Shown in pieces: positions 28,308-48,407 of a stretch of 64,000 nt of DNA. The first letter of the stretch is position 1, and each line of letters opens with the position of its first letter. Made by a program: the position numbers and the translations under genes. The notes beneath the pieces are model-generated. The model did not search any database. It had not been told where the DNA came from and was given only the letters and a program-made list of their open reading frames with translations. The DNA comes from the human T2T-CHM13v2.0 reference genome, Homo sapiens: the NCBI RefSeq assembly GCF_009914755.1, contig NC_060935.1; one strand, 5' to 3'.

Positions 28308-30052
28308 TATAGCTGGATCCTAGGAAACTTTAATTTTAGTAAATGCCTCAGATGATTTTTATGATCAGGCATACAGGGCAGCTCTGCTCTATAGCTGGTT
28401 ACTATATTCACATTTCTTTTCTTAAGATGTAATAATTAATGGAGGGGGAGCAGATTTTATAATCAACTGTAGAAATATGGTTATAAAAACTCGTTATTTC
28501 ATGGCTTATACTTCTCTTCATTGCAAGCTCCTCTTACCTCAAGGACAGAAAAAAATGATGCTGTTTCTATGAAAAGATTTTTCTGTTTAGTAAAATCTCT
28601 AGTGTAAAAGGAGTGGCCTGTTTTCAATTTGCAAGTCTGATCATTAGCCTTTGATTCATATAACATAAATAGACTTCTTTGATATCTAAAAAGCTTGGCT
28701 ATATTAAAGTAAGAAAGTAATAGATACTTGCATTTCCACATTACAAGTGAGCAACAGAGAAAACAAAATTAGTACTTGTTGAGCACCTGATACCTTGTAC
28801 ATTTTCAAATAAATCACTTGAAATTTGCAATTACACCATGAGACAGGTTTTCCCTTGATTTTACGGATAGGGAACCTGATAGTCACATGGTTGATAACAA
28901 CCATAGTTAAGTCTACTATTCCAAATTCATCTGACTCCAAGGCTGATACAAATTCCACTTCACTACAAAGCCTTCTTCAGCCTGCTAAAGTAAAGCTGGG
29001 GACTCTGATAAACTCCCAACCCTGCCTCTGGTATATGACCCAACACTAACCACTCTGCTCAGAGTAGGTATCTAAAAGAAATTCTTGTGTGAAACAATGA
29101 AATTTTGGTGGGAAAACAGAAACATGATTGTCAATAACAAAAGTATACAACACAGACTTCTACTTCTGGGAAGGTAAAGTAGGTACACTTTTCTCTATTA
29201 GTCCCTCTAAATACAACCACAATCTCTGGACATGGCATATAAAAGAAACAGAAAGAATGTAAATAGTGAAGAGAAGAAGCCAGGTCAGCTAGGAATATTG
29301 GGATCTCACGGTATGATGGTGAGTCCCCTGGGTTTTATTTTCCTCATATATTCAAGATTTGGAGCTGAAGAAGCTTGTAACCTAGAAACACCCAGAGGTA
29401 CAAACAAAAGTAAAACAAAACAAAACAGAAAGAAAAAAACACCAACAAAAGCCTTCTCTCTCTAGTCAAATGACAAAGAAAGGTGCAGAAAAGTTTTAAA
29501 CAGTAACTACTCTATTTCATTCAAATTCAAAAACAGAAAAACTGAGGCACAATCCCCACCCAAGTCAGCAAAAGTTGACTGGGGAGACTAGACTTCTACC
29601 CTTACTAGGCTATAACAAGGTGCCTCCTCAATTCCCTTCCAGGGTGATGTAAGAGAAGGCTCAGTTTGCATTCCAACCAGGGAGGAATTAACCACTCTTC
29701 CTACTTTACATGGAGGCAATGTGGAGGACCTGCAATTCTATCCCCACCAGGCAGTAAAAAGAGGAATCCTTTCTTCCCTTCTGGATTGTTGTCAGAGGAG
29801 GCCTACTGGATAGTTAGGTCTTCTAGCACTGTCTAGTGGTAATTAGGCCACCCAATCCATGGCATTAGGGGAAAGTAGTTGAGGAGCAGTAATGAGGGGT
29901 ATTCTTACCTCTCCTAGCAAGGAAGACATCAGTAGAGGCCTAGTGGGGAGCCAGGTCGGTGGGGAACTTGGACTTCTATTGCTACTTAAAAGTAATAATG
30001 CAGTGTTTCCCTTCTGCTGGAGCTGAGTCAGAGAAAGCCAGGAGATTATACA

Positions 30053-30352
30053 TTTTTTTTTTTTTGAGATGGAGTCTTTGCTGTGTTGTCCAGGCTGGTG
30101 TAAAGTAGCGTGATCTCAGCCCACTGCAACCTCCACCTCCCAGAGTAGCTGGGATTCCCCTGCCTCAGTTTCCCGAGTAGCTCAGATTGCAGGTGCCCAC
30201 CAACAAGCCCGGCTAATTTTTTTTATATTTTTAGTAGAGACAGGATTTCACTATGTTGGTCTGGCTAGCTCCCAACTCCTAGCTTCAAGTGATCCACCCA
30301 CTTTGGCCTCCCAAAGTACTGGGATTACAGGTGTGAGCCACTGCGCCCAGCT
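30053..30352 (-). mobile_element. AluS
   Basis: Antisense dimer; TSD gagattata. Confidence 0.93.
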
Positions 30353-30545
30353 GAGATTATAAACTTTTATAAAACAGAAGATTTAATAAGATCTGTAGTC
30401 TCATAAAATACCCAAAATGTCCAGGTTGAAAACAGAAAATAATCCCTTATCATACTAAGAAAAGTTACATCCTTGAATTAAAAAAAAAAAAAAGACAGCA
30501 GACGTTAACACTGAAGTAACAGATATGTTAAAATTATCTCAAATA

Positions 30546-30625
30546 ATAGGTTGAAGCAAAAGTAATTGTGGTTTTTGCCATTGAACAGAATGGTGAAAAC
30601 CGCAATTACGTTTGTACCAAGTTAA
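30546..30625. mobile_element. MADE1 (Hsmar1-derived 80-bp MITE)
   Basis: ataggttgaagcaaaagtaattgtggtttttgccatt...aatggtgaaaaccgcaattacgtttgtaccaagttaa; 80-bp palindrome flanked by TA. Confidence 0.92.
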
Positions 30626-33600
30626 TAGATTTAAAACACTCATTTTTGAATTCCTCAATGAATAATTATAAACATAGTTGAAACAAATGAAAAAAATAGA
30701 ATGACTTCGCAAGAAAATGGAAGATATCACAAAGAACAAAACAAAATTAGAACTAAAAAATACAGTTACCAAAGTAAAAGTCTCAATACTAGGTTCAACA
30801 GCAGAATGGAGAGGAAAGAAGAAAGAATAAGTGAACTGGAAGATAGAAAAATAGAAATTACCAAATCTGAAAAACAGAAAACACACTGGAAAAAAAATTA
30901 AAAAGGCTCAAAGAGTTGAATAACTACATGAAAATGATTGAACTTTTGTGTTATTAGTGTCCTAGAAAGAGGGGAGAAAAATCAGTTCTAAGAACTCAAT
31001 GAAATAGTGACTGAAAACTTCCCAAATTTAGCAAAAGAAACTACAAATTAAAGAATCAGAGTTAAACCCAATTTAATAAATCCCATAGCAATCCACATCA
31101 AAATATATCACTATTAAACTTCTAAAAACTAAAACAAATATTCAAAGTAGTGAGAAATTAATTATATCTTATCTATTGTGGAAAAAAATGAATGACAGAT
31201 CTTTCCTTTGACACTATGGAGGCCAGAAGGTGGCACTGCATTTTTCAAATGCTGAAAAAAATGAACTGTTAACCCAGTGTTCTATGCCCAGGGAAAATAC
31301 TCAGGAATGAAGGAGAACTCAAGGTCTCCTCAGATGAAGTAAAATGAAAAGATTTTGTCACCACCAAGCAGACCTGCCCTGAAAAAAAAATGGTTAATAG
31401 AAGTTTCTTAAGAAGAAGGGAAATGATAAAATAAACTTTCTTAAGCAAAAATATAGGGAATTCAACAGACTTCTGTTGAGTTTTCTAAATTGTGATTTAA
31501 TGGTTGAAACAAAAATAAAATTTTATGTCATTCATCTAAATGAACATAAGATAAATATTTAAGACAAATAAGGTTTTACACTTAATTTGAACTAGTTGAA
31601 GGATGATGCCAGCAGAGATAAATTATGTAAAAATAATGTAATACTTAGATAAATCACCAATAAAGTGATACAAAGAAATACATTCAAAAAACTTGATAAA
31701 TAAAAATGGAATTTGTAAACATTTTCAAGCAACTCAAATGAAGACAGGAAAAATGAACCAAAAAATTCAGAAAAGTAACAAACAGGAAAAAAATAGGTTT
31801 AAGCCATAACATTATATAATACTTATATTAAATGTGAATAGTCTAAAAATACCAATTAAGAGATTGGGAGACTAGATTTTATTTAAAAATGACCTATATT
31901 GAGCCTAGAGGAAATTCACTTTAGATATAACAATATTTGTGAAAGTTAAAGGATGGAAAAAATCATAAAACATTAATCAAAACAAAGTTAAAGTGGCTAT
32001 ATTAATATCTAATAAAATAGACTTCAGAGCAAAAACAATTATTGGAGTAAGAGAGGCACATTTTATCAAGATTAATGAGTCAATCCAGTAAGAAGACATC
32101 ACAATCCTAAATGTGTATGCACCAAACAAGCTTAAAATTTGTGAAGCAAAAGCTGGTAGAGCTAAAAGGAAGAAATAGACAAATTCACAATTACAGTTGG
32201 AGAATTCAATACTGCTGTTTAACCAACAGGACTAGGCAAAACATCTGCAGTGATAAAGAACTTAACACCATCAGCCAGAAGAATCTAATCAACATTGATA
32301 GAACATTCCATTCAATAACAACAACAAAAAATATTTATTTGAAGTGCTGATAAAACATATGCTAAACATATGACTGCCCCTTGAGCCATAAAGCAAATAT
32401 CAACAAATTTAAAAAGATTGGAATTATACAGACTGTGTTCTCCTACCCCAATGGAATCAAACTAGAAATCAATAACATGAGGGAAAGATCTTCAAACACT
32501 TAGAAACTAAACAAAGCACTTCTAAATAACCCAAGGAGTAAAGAGAAAGACTTAAGGAAAATAAAATACATTTAAATAAATAAAATTAAAAACCAAACTT
32601 ACCAAAATTTGTCAGACATACTATAAAATTGTGCTGAGAGGGGGAAGTATAGTACTAAATGCACACATGTGGAAAGAGGTAAAGTCTCAAGTCAGTAATA
32701 CAAACTCAAACTCCAGAACCTAGAAATAGAAGAGCAAAATAAAACCAAAGCACAGAGAATGAAGGAAATAATAAAGATAGGAGCAGAAAGCAGTGAAATT
32801 AAAAACAGGAATCAATACAGGATATGAATATAACAAGCAGCTGGTTTTTGGGAAATATTAATAAAATTGACGAATTAGCAAGATTGAAAAGGGAAAAAGA
32901 GAAAAGACACAAATTACCAATATCAAGAATCAAAAAAGGGATATCAATACAGATCTTGCAGACATCAAAAGGGTAATAAAAGCGTACTATGAGCACTCTA
33001 TGTACATAACATTTGACAACTTAGATGAAATGAACTAATTCCTAAAAAAGCGCAAACTATACCACTCACCCAATAAGAAATAGACAACTTGAATAGCCCT
33101 ATAAATGTAAAGGAAATTGAATTGGTAATTTTAAAACTACCAAAATAGAAATCCTAAGGAATAGAATGTTTTCCTTGAGAATCAACCAGGAATTTAACAA
33201 ATTAACATAAATTCTATACAATCTGTTCCAGAATGTAGAAGGGAACATTTCTGAGTCATTTTATAAATCCAGTATTACCTTAATATTGAAACCAGATAAA
33301 AGGATGCCAAGAAAATGAGACAGATCAATATCCCTCATGTACATATATGTAAAAATTCTTAAAATATTGACGAATATAATTCAGCTGCATATAAAAAGAA
33401 TTTTATGCATTGAAACAAATGAAATTTATTCCAAAAATACCAAACTGCTTCAATATGTAAATATTCTGTATCTTGACCCTTTCAATACCAATATCCTAGC
33501 TGTGATATTCTACTATATTACATAATATTTTTTCAAGGTTACCATTGAGGGAAATTGAATAAGGAGCACATCAGATTTCTCTCTATTATTTCTTACAGCT

Positions 33601-33641
33601 GCATATAATTCTATAATTAACTCAAAATAAAAAGTTTTTAA

Positions 33642-33938
33642 GGCCAGGGGCGGTGGCTCACGCCTGTAATCCCAGCACTTTGGGAGGCCAAGGCGGGGGG
33701 ATCACGAAGTCAGGAGATCAAGACCATCCTGGCTAACACAGTGAAATCCCGTCTCTACTAAAAATACAAAAAAAATTAGCCAGATGTGGTGGCGGGCACC
33801 TGTAGTACTAGCTACTCGGGAGGCTGAGGCAGGAGAATGGTGTGAATCCAGGAGGCGGAGCCTGCAGTGAGTGGAGATCGCGCCATGGCACTCCAGCCTG
33901 GGCAACAGAGCAAGACTCCGTCTCAAGAAAAGAAAAAA
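33642..33938 (+). mobile_element. AluY
   Basis: gagatcaagaccatcctggctaacac and gagaatggtgtgaa diagnostics; TSD aaaagtttttaa. Confidence 0.93.
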
Positions 33939-34618
33939 AGTTTTTAAAAAGACAAAGTTCTTTAAGGCAAATATTTGAAATTTACATTTAAATAGATAGA
34001 TGAGATAAAAGACGTATTAGGAACCCTATTTCAGTCAAGCAAGGAGCAATACTTACTTTTATTTATTGACCTTTCTTGATGCATAAACATCAAGAGAACC
34101 AATGTGTAACATCATCCAAGATAATATCAACAGTTATCAATATATGTGAGAAAAGACTTAGGGAGGACTTCCAATATATATTTTATTCTAAATTTTACAT
34201 TATACAAACAGCTATTATCACTTTGTTTTCTGCCAATTTGAGATGAATAATTATTGTGCCAGAGAATAAAATAATTGCTCAGTGAGTATGCAATTCATCT
34301 GAATCTATGGATCATTTACAGAGAATCTCCTTAAAATATGCATCATAATTTTAATCACTAACATATACCCAAATCCCTAATTTTGTAAGTACTTCTAAAA
34401 CATATCTAATGATCTTTGTAATCATTCTTCTTAGACGTATTTACTTTGTTTTTATTTATCCACCAGCATTAGCAATTGCTTATTTTTGTTGCTTACTTTA
34501 TAAAGAAAGATTTTCCATATCAATCAATTTTTATGGCCACTATTTATGTTATTGTAAAGTAAGAACAAAGGTAAGACCTTTTGCTCAACTTTCAGTTGAG
34601 TTTAAATCCTTGCTTTGG

Positions 34619-41195
<6,577 letters not shown>

Positions 41196-41292
41196 AAATT
41201 ATTGCTTTGGCAAAGAATAAATGGCTATATCCCATTGGCTTTAAAAATTTGAGTCTAAGCAATCCATTAAAATAATCTATTTTAACTTAAAA

Positions 41293-41400
41293 TTTTTTAT
41301 AGATTTAGGGGTACAATCATGATTGTGTTGCACAGATATATTGCACAGTGGTGAAGTCTGGGCTTTGAGTGCACCTGTCAATCAAATAGTGTTCATAGTG
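41293..41400 (-). mobile_element. Short L1PB/MA 3'-end fragment
   Basis: gatttaggggtaca...gtggtgaagtctgggcttt motif. Confidence 0.65.
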
Positions 41401-41774
41401 TTACTAAGAAATGTTTAGAAATGTCATAAGAATCCCACCATTTTTGGAGAGAGATCATTAATACTAAAGACGCAAGACCCTCCATAAGTCATTTAACTTC
41501 ATACAGCTCATGTTTTTTATTTATAAGGTGAAGATAATATTTCTGTTCTATCTGTTTATGTAATTATCAACTAAGATAATGTTTGTTAAACATAGAAAAC
41601 CTCTGTTACTATATTATTATAATGAAGAAAATAATTTTTAGGATTTATACAACATACTAGGATTTTGGTATCTTTAATCAATAATTTTAATTGAAACCAT
41701 ATTTATTTTTCTTTTTCATCCTGCAGTAAATTCAGATTTTGTGCAGTGAGTGACTTCACTTACCAATAGAAGGT

Positions 41775-41812
41775 GTGAAAGCTTATGAACCTGGTGAAAG
41801 CTTATGAACCTG
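41775..41812 (+). repeat. 19-bp perfect tandem duplication
   Basis: gtgaaagcttatgaacctg x2. Confidence 0.9.
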
Positions 41813-42066
41813 GAATTGTGACTTTAGTGTATAAATAAACAGAAGAAAATGCAGTAAGAAAAAGCATCAGATTTATAGGTGAAATACTTAAAGGATGGCA
41901 CTTAAACAGAGTAAGAAATATGACTTGTATGTATACTAAAAGCAACTGTGGCTCAGATTATTCCTTCTGAGGTTCTATCTGCCATTCATTTCATGGAATA
42001 TTGTGGAATTAGCCTATTTCACCTTCTATTAAATGAGGCCCACTTTATGGTATCATAAGAAAACTC

Positions 42067-42323
42067 AAGGCTGAGGTGCACTGATTGCCTCAGCTCTGGA
42101 GTTTGACACGAGCCCAGGCAACATGGTGAAACCCCATCTCTACTAAAAATACAAAAAATTAGCCAGGCATGGTGATGCACCCCTGTAGTCTCAGCTACTC
42201 AGTAGGCTGAGGCTGGAGAATCGCTTGAACCCAGGAGGCAGAGGTCGCAGTGAGCCGAGATCGCACCACTGCACTCCAGCCTGGATGGAGTTTTTCCATC
42301 TCAAAAAAAAAAAAAAAAAAAAA
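42067..42323 (+). mobile_element. Alu (5'-truncated, AluS-like)
   Basis: Dimer linker tactaaaaatacaaaaaattagcc and an A21 tail. Confidence 0.9.
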
Positions 42324-44793
42324 ATAGGTAAACCCAAATAATATGCCTTTTAAGAAAAAGAAGTTGATTTTGCTCTTATGAAACAATATGAAGTTAGATC
42401 TTCAAGATCTGGTAGTGCAATTCTGTCATCCTTAACTCACAGCTTCCATCTCTTGATCTTCATCCTGTTTTCACCCTAATCGAAAGGGTGAAAGTGGGAA
42501 GAATAGCGTATGACTATTTTTCTTTAAAGGAATTATTTAGAAGTGTTTCTTATCATGATCAAACAGACATGGTAACATTTAGCTTAAACTGGAAGATGTT
42601 ATCTCCAGCTAGTGGCCATGTGTCCAACAACATTTAGATTATTATTAGGAAAAAGAGAAAAAATTAGCATTTGTGAAAAAAGTAGTAGTCTCTGTCACAA
42701 TCTTTTACCCATGTTTTGTAAAGTATTTAAAACAAAAATCAAGCACTCTTACCATAATGTTCTGTCACAGTGTTGTTTTAAATTTCATGTAAAACAACAT
42801 TAGTTCTGTAGTGGTAAATGAAGTGTTAAAGTCTCTCTTTAACTCCAGACCTTTCAAGTTATTAAAAATGCGAACATTTATTATCTAACTTAGGAAGTAG
42901 AGAATATTGGAGTAAGTAATACTATGCAGTGTTAACAAACGTATGCCAAAATCTTAGTGATGTAATCCAATAAAAATGAATTTCTTGCTCATCCAAAATC
43001 CAATTTGGATGTTTCTGGTTGGGGAATGACCTTCCCTATGGCTATGTTAGTGAGTCTACTGTCCCCCACTTATCTGATGTATCTTCTCCATCTTCCTGGG
43101 AGACTGAGTATGAGGATGCATGGAGAATTGTACATGAGAAATATATGGGCCAAGCCTTGAAGTGGCCCACATACCTTCTGCCTACATGTCATTGACCACT
43201 ACTTATTCACAGGGCCACATATAAATGTGAGGTTCATTGTGCATCCAGGAGTTAAGGGAAAGTGGTTTTTTGAACACAGTGAATGGATGTGTCTTGGGTG
43301 TTTCTGTTTGAGTCTCTTCGTTGTTTTATTTTTCCCTCTAGGATCCAGTAATTCCTGAACTTTAGTTCTGGCCTGGGCTGGCCTGCCTCATTTTCACTGA
43401 AGCCTCGATTCTTAACTGTGAAAGAATAGATAATTTTCTCTTTCTTACCATTGCTTGCTGCCCTACTCTTTCTGAAATAGTTTCCCATGTTATCCCATTT
43501 TCTACTACATGGAAAAAGATCATGCTATTCTGTTTTCCATAATCATTATATATTCTTTTTTCCCCATGGTATTTCCCAAAAATTTATTATTCCATGTTTT
43601 ATGGGTGAATAGTTATTTCTATTAACTACTTTTTTAGAGTGAAGAATCATCGACCTCTTCTATCCTAACATCTACTGTTATCCCCTCCATGCTGAACAAC
43701 ACCAAAACTATTTTTCATGTAGGTTGTTCAGGGCTTTCTCTCTATTCACTTAATTATTCCATCAGGAGACTATTGAGAGAGGCCTATAACATAAAAACAT
43801 AAGGGTTAAATTCAAAGCCATCGTCAATCTTACTCAAAGACATAAACCTTAGAACATTATAGGAATCTTCAAAAAAGTTAGCTTAATTGATTTTAAAATT
43901 ATGCCAGCAACTAAAGCTACATGTTTTAGAAAGAGAAATATATGCCTCATGTTTATTGATTAAAAAACATTTATAGATACTTTGCAATATACTAGGAATA
44001 AATGACATATTCTGCCCTCTTGAAACTTAATATAATTAAGAACTAGATTGTGAAAAACTAATTATAATCCAAAGAAAATAAATGATTAAAAGAGGCAAAT
44101 TTAAGTGTCATTAAATGAAGGAAGCTAACCAAATATTTCTTGTCAAAGAAATTTTTATGGATGATCTGATATCACCAAGAATGAGCTGGAATAGTTTCAG
44201 TAAAGTACAAAGAAGAAAAGGAGGAAAATTGACAAATTCTTTCCTACATCTTTACAAAATAACCTTACAAATTACCAGATAGCCTCTGTAATTAATAACA
44301 ACAGTTAACATCACTACAATCCTACTTTTCTAAAAACTTTTCACGTCCATTATCTTAATTATTCTTCTTAAATGCCTTATACCATATTTATTATTATGCA
44401 CACTTTATAAATGAGGAAACTGAGATTCTGATAATTTATCCAATTGACAATGTTACAGAGCTAACAGGTAGAAAACATGGATCATTAGCAAGGGAGATCA
44501 TGTCCTCAAGTGTTCCAAATAGAAAAGCCAAGTTTTAGATGCAGCTAGAGAAAAGCAGTTAAGAGTTGGACTACCTGGGTTTAAATTCTAGTACTATCAC
44601 TTACTAGTTAAATGACTTTTGTAAATTTAACCTGCCCTTGCCTGAGGTCCCTCACTTACAAAGTGATAATAATCACAATACCTACCTCATATGCTATTGT
44701 GAAGATTACATAAGTCAGTATTTGTAAATTACTTAGAACCATCCTTTTATTGCAATAATGAAAGTTCCTTAAAGTTACTGTCTTGCATGCTGA

Positions 44794-45244
<451 letters not shown>

Positions 45245-45748
45245 GATAGAATGCTTTTAAAAGCAACCTTTAGGATGAAATTATGTCCTTCCACAAATTC
45301 TTACAATCTAGTAAAAAAATTAAATTTGATAAGAACAAAAATTGGCCATAAGTATGTGGGTATTGGGTCTTATACAATATCTTGGTGACACTACCAAAAA
45401 TTCTTGCCTTCTCTGATCCAGTTGACTATGTGCCCTGGAGTCCTGTGATAGGAAGCTGATGAAGTTTTCATCCAGAGAGTAAGAACCAGCATGATAGGGC
45501 CTTTTCTACCCCAAGAGAGTACTCTGTGAAAAAGCTGGGTTGCAGCTTTTTATTCCAATGGATATGACAAGAATTAAAGGAAATAAAGGAACTATCATAA
45601 CTGCAACAGAACATCTATTGTCTATTTTAAATTTTATTGCAACTAATGGCTTTATATCAACTGAAAGAATGTAACAGAATAATTAAGAGCAAAGCTTGGA
45701 AGTTTGGCAGATAATTGGCCAAAATTCTGACCCTGCCACTTATCTGCT

Positions 45749-46161
45749 TGTGGTAGGCCGTTCTCACATTGCTTTAAAGAAATCTCAGACTAGGTAATTA
45801 AAAAAAAAATGGTTTTATTTACTCACAGTTCTGTAGGCCGTACAGGAAGCACAGTGCTGACATCTGCCTGGCTTCTGGGGAGGCTGAAACTTACAATTAT
45901 GGTAGAAGGCAGAGAGCACGCACATTATATCGCCAGAGCAGGAGCCAGCGTGAAGGGTAGCAGGTGCCACACACTTTTAAATCATCAGATCTTGCGAGAA
46001 CTCACTCACTATTGTGAGAACAGCACCAAACGGATGGTACTAAACTATTCATGAGAAATTTGCCCCATGATCAAATCACCTTCCACCAGGTCCCACCTCC
46101 AAAAGTGGGGATTACATTTCAACATGACATTTGGGCTAGGACACATATCCAAACTATATCA
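45749..46161 (-). mobile_element. MST-family MaLR solo LTR inserted in a MIR
   Basis: tg...gttctcacattgctttaaagaaa...cttacaattatggtagaaggc...cccacctcca...aactatatca; MIR halves on both sides. Confidence 0.88.
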
Positions 46162-46264
46162 TTACTGAATGACCTTAGATAAACCACCTATCCTCTTTGA
46201 GACTTAGTTTCAACACCTGAAAGTTGGTTAAATAATATCTTCTTTACAGAGTTACTACGAAGAT

Positions 46265-46450
46265 AGCCGGGCGTGGCGGGTGCCTGTAATCCCAGCTACT
46301 CAGAACGCTGAGGCAGAAAAATCGCTTGAACCTGGGAGGCGGAGGTTGCAGTGAGCGGAGATCACACCACTGCACTCCAGCGCCTGGGCAACAAGAGCGA
46401 AACTCCGTCTCAAAAAAACAAAACTCAAAACAAAACAAAACAAAACAAAA
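46265..46450 (+). mobile_element. 5'-truncated Alu (right arm, Sq/Sp-like) with (CAAAA)n tail
   Basis: 19-bp TSD acagagtt(a/g)cta(c/t)gaagat at 46246-46264 and 46451-46469. Confidence 0.92.
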
Positions 46451-46735
46451 ACAGAGTTGCTATGAAGATGAAGTTCTATAAAAACTTAAGGAAATGCAGC
46501 CTAGCACCTACCACATAGGAATAGAAGGTGTAGTAATAGCAGTAATCTTTGTTGTAGAGAGGCAATTAAGTAGTAGAGAAGAGAAAACACAAACACCGAG
46601 GTTAACAAGTAGAGAAGCCCACTTAAAATAATAAACACTTTAATAACACAAAAACCTTTCTTGAATTTATGGAAATGACTTATAATTCATTGTGATTTGT
46701 CATTGTCTTTGTGCAAACAATGAAAAGAATGAGAG

Positions 46736-46910
46736 CAGCTGTTTTCAAACCTTATTTGCATTAGAATCACCTGTAGAACTGGTTAACACACACGATGGGT
46801 CCCCACCTGACTTTCTGTTCAGTGACTCACTGTTAGGGTTAGAGGATTTGTGTTTGTAACAAGTTTACAGGTGATGCTGCTAACTCTGGGACCACATTTT
46901 TGAAAAACAC
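46736..46910. mobile_element. MER5A
   Basis: gcattagaatcacctg...ggtgatgctgc...ggaccacatttttgaaaaaca. Confidence 0.75.
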
Positions 46911-48089
46911 AAAATATGTGGAGTGTTTGTGCCCTGGGCTCTGCTGTAATAATTACATAGTATGAAACACTCATGCACCACTTCATTTGCTTCGTTACTC
47001 TATTCCTCATAATCAAAGAAATCTCCTGAGTCAAATTAAAAGTATTTTCTAATAAACATAAATGCTAATTAATTACATTTATGGCTGTAGAGCTAGCACT
47101 TTGAGCAAACTGGAAGTTGGTTGAAAGTTAATGCTTCTCGTGTATCTAGGGACTTGCTTAGATCCAAAAATGTTTTTTGATCTGCAATTCTGTATTTCTT
47201 CTGTAAGTAGTTTAAATTACAAGCCTTTTCAAAGTATTCAGCCATCAAATACAGCCTCCTAAAACCATTGTGCATAACCTTTTGAAGCTGTGTACTTAAT
47301 TCCTCAATCAAGTTGCACATTAGGAGAGTAAATTGGAGGAATATAAGTCAGTGGGTCTTAAGTCACTTTTTAAAAAATCTTCAGATGCACTAATGTACAT
47401 TTTCTATCTTCTTTTTATTTCCTCTTCTCCAATTCCATCTCTGAAACACTATGAAATGTTAAAATAGGTTAAAAATGCACTTAAATGAAATGCAATAAAT
47501 TAAATGTGCTCTATTCTTCTGAAGATTTAACTACACACCTTTTCATATTTCAGACTCTTAGCAGGTATGATTAAAGTGCAACATCTGTAACTCATCTTCC
47601 TCAAAGGAAAGATACGGAATTATATGAGATGATTTATGTGCCAATGCCTAGCCAGTGACTGTTACATAGTAGTTGCTCAATTTCTTAAATCATAATTTTC
47701 AAAGGAACATGGAACAGTTACCAGGAAGAAAATATGTCAAGGCATAAGTTTATAGTGTAAGATTTTAAAGGCAGAAGGATTTTTGGACTGTCAGAATATA
47801 GAAGGTGAAAATTTCATATCAAGGAAATCATATATTCACAGGTAGTTTTTGAAGCATGAGCTCAGGTTTAGAGAATGGAGATCAGTCCAGCTTAATTCAG
47901 TGCAGTGCAACCCTGGTCACATGTTAGAACGACCCGGAGTGGTTTTCAAACTCCAAGTGCCTGAGTCCCATTCTAAACCAGTTATATCTGAATCTCTAGG
48001 TATGAGAGCTAAGCATCAATATTAAAAAGAAACAAACATAAACTTTTCAGAGTAGTATTAGGGAAGAAAAGAGCAAAAGAGATCAACTA

Positions 48090-48407
<318 letters not shown>

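Larger units (their letters stand above)
29150..33635 (+). mobile_element. Old L1M remnant (5' region, ORF1, 5' part of ORF2, short 3' end) with nested Alu and MADE1
   Basis: ORF1-like SRMERKEERISELEDRKIEI (30701-30901); endonuclease-like ttaaatgtgaatagtctaa at about 31830; ORF2-like sequence to about 33450; heavily mutated. Confidence 0.75.

Noticed and set aside
42469-42493. 9-bp hairpin tttcaccct/agggtgaaa
   Set aside because: Short and isolated, with no supporting context; could be chance.
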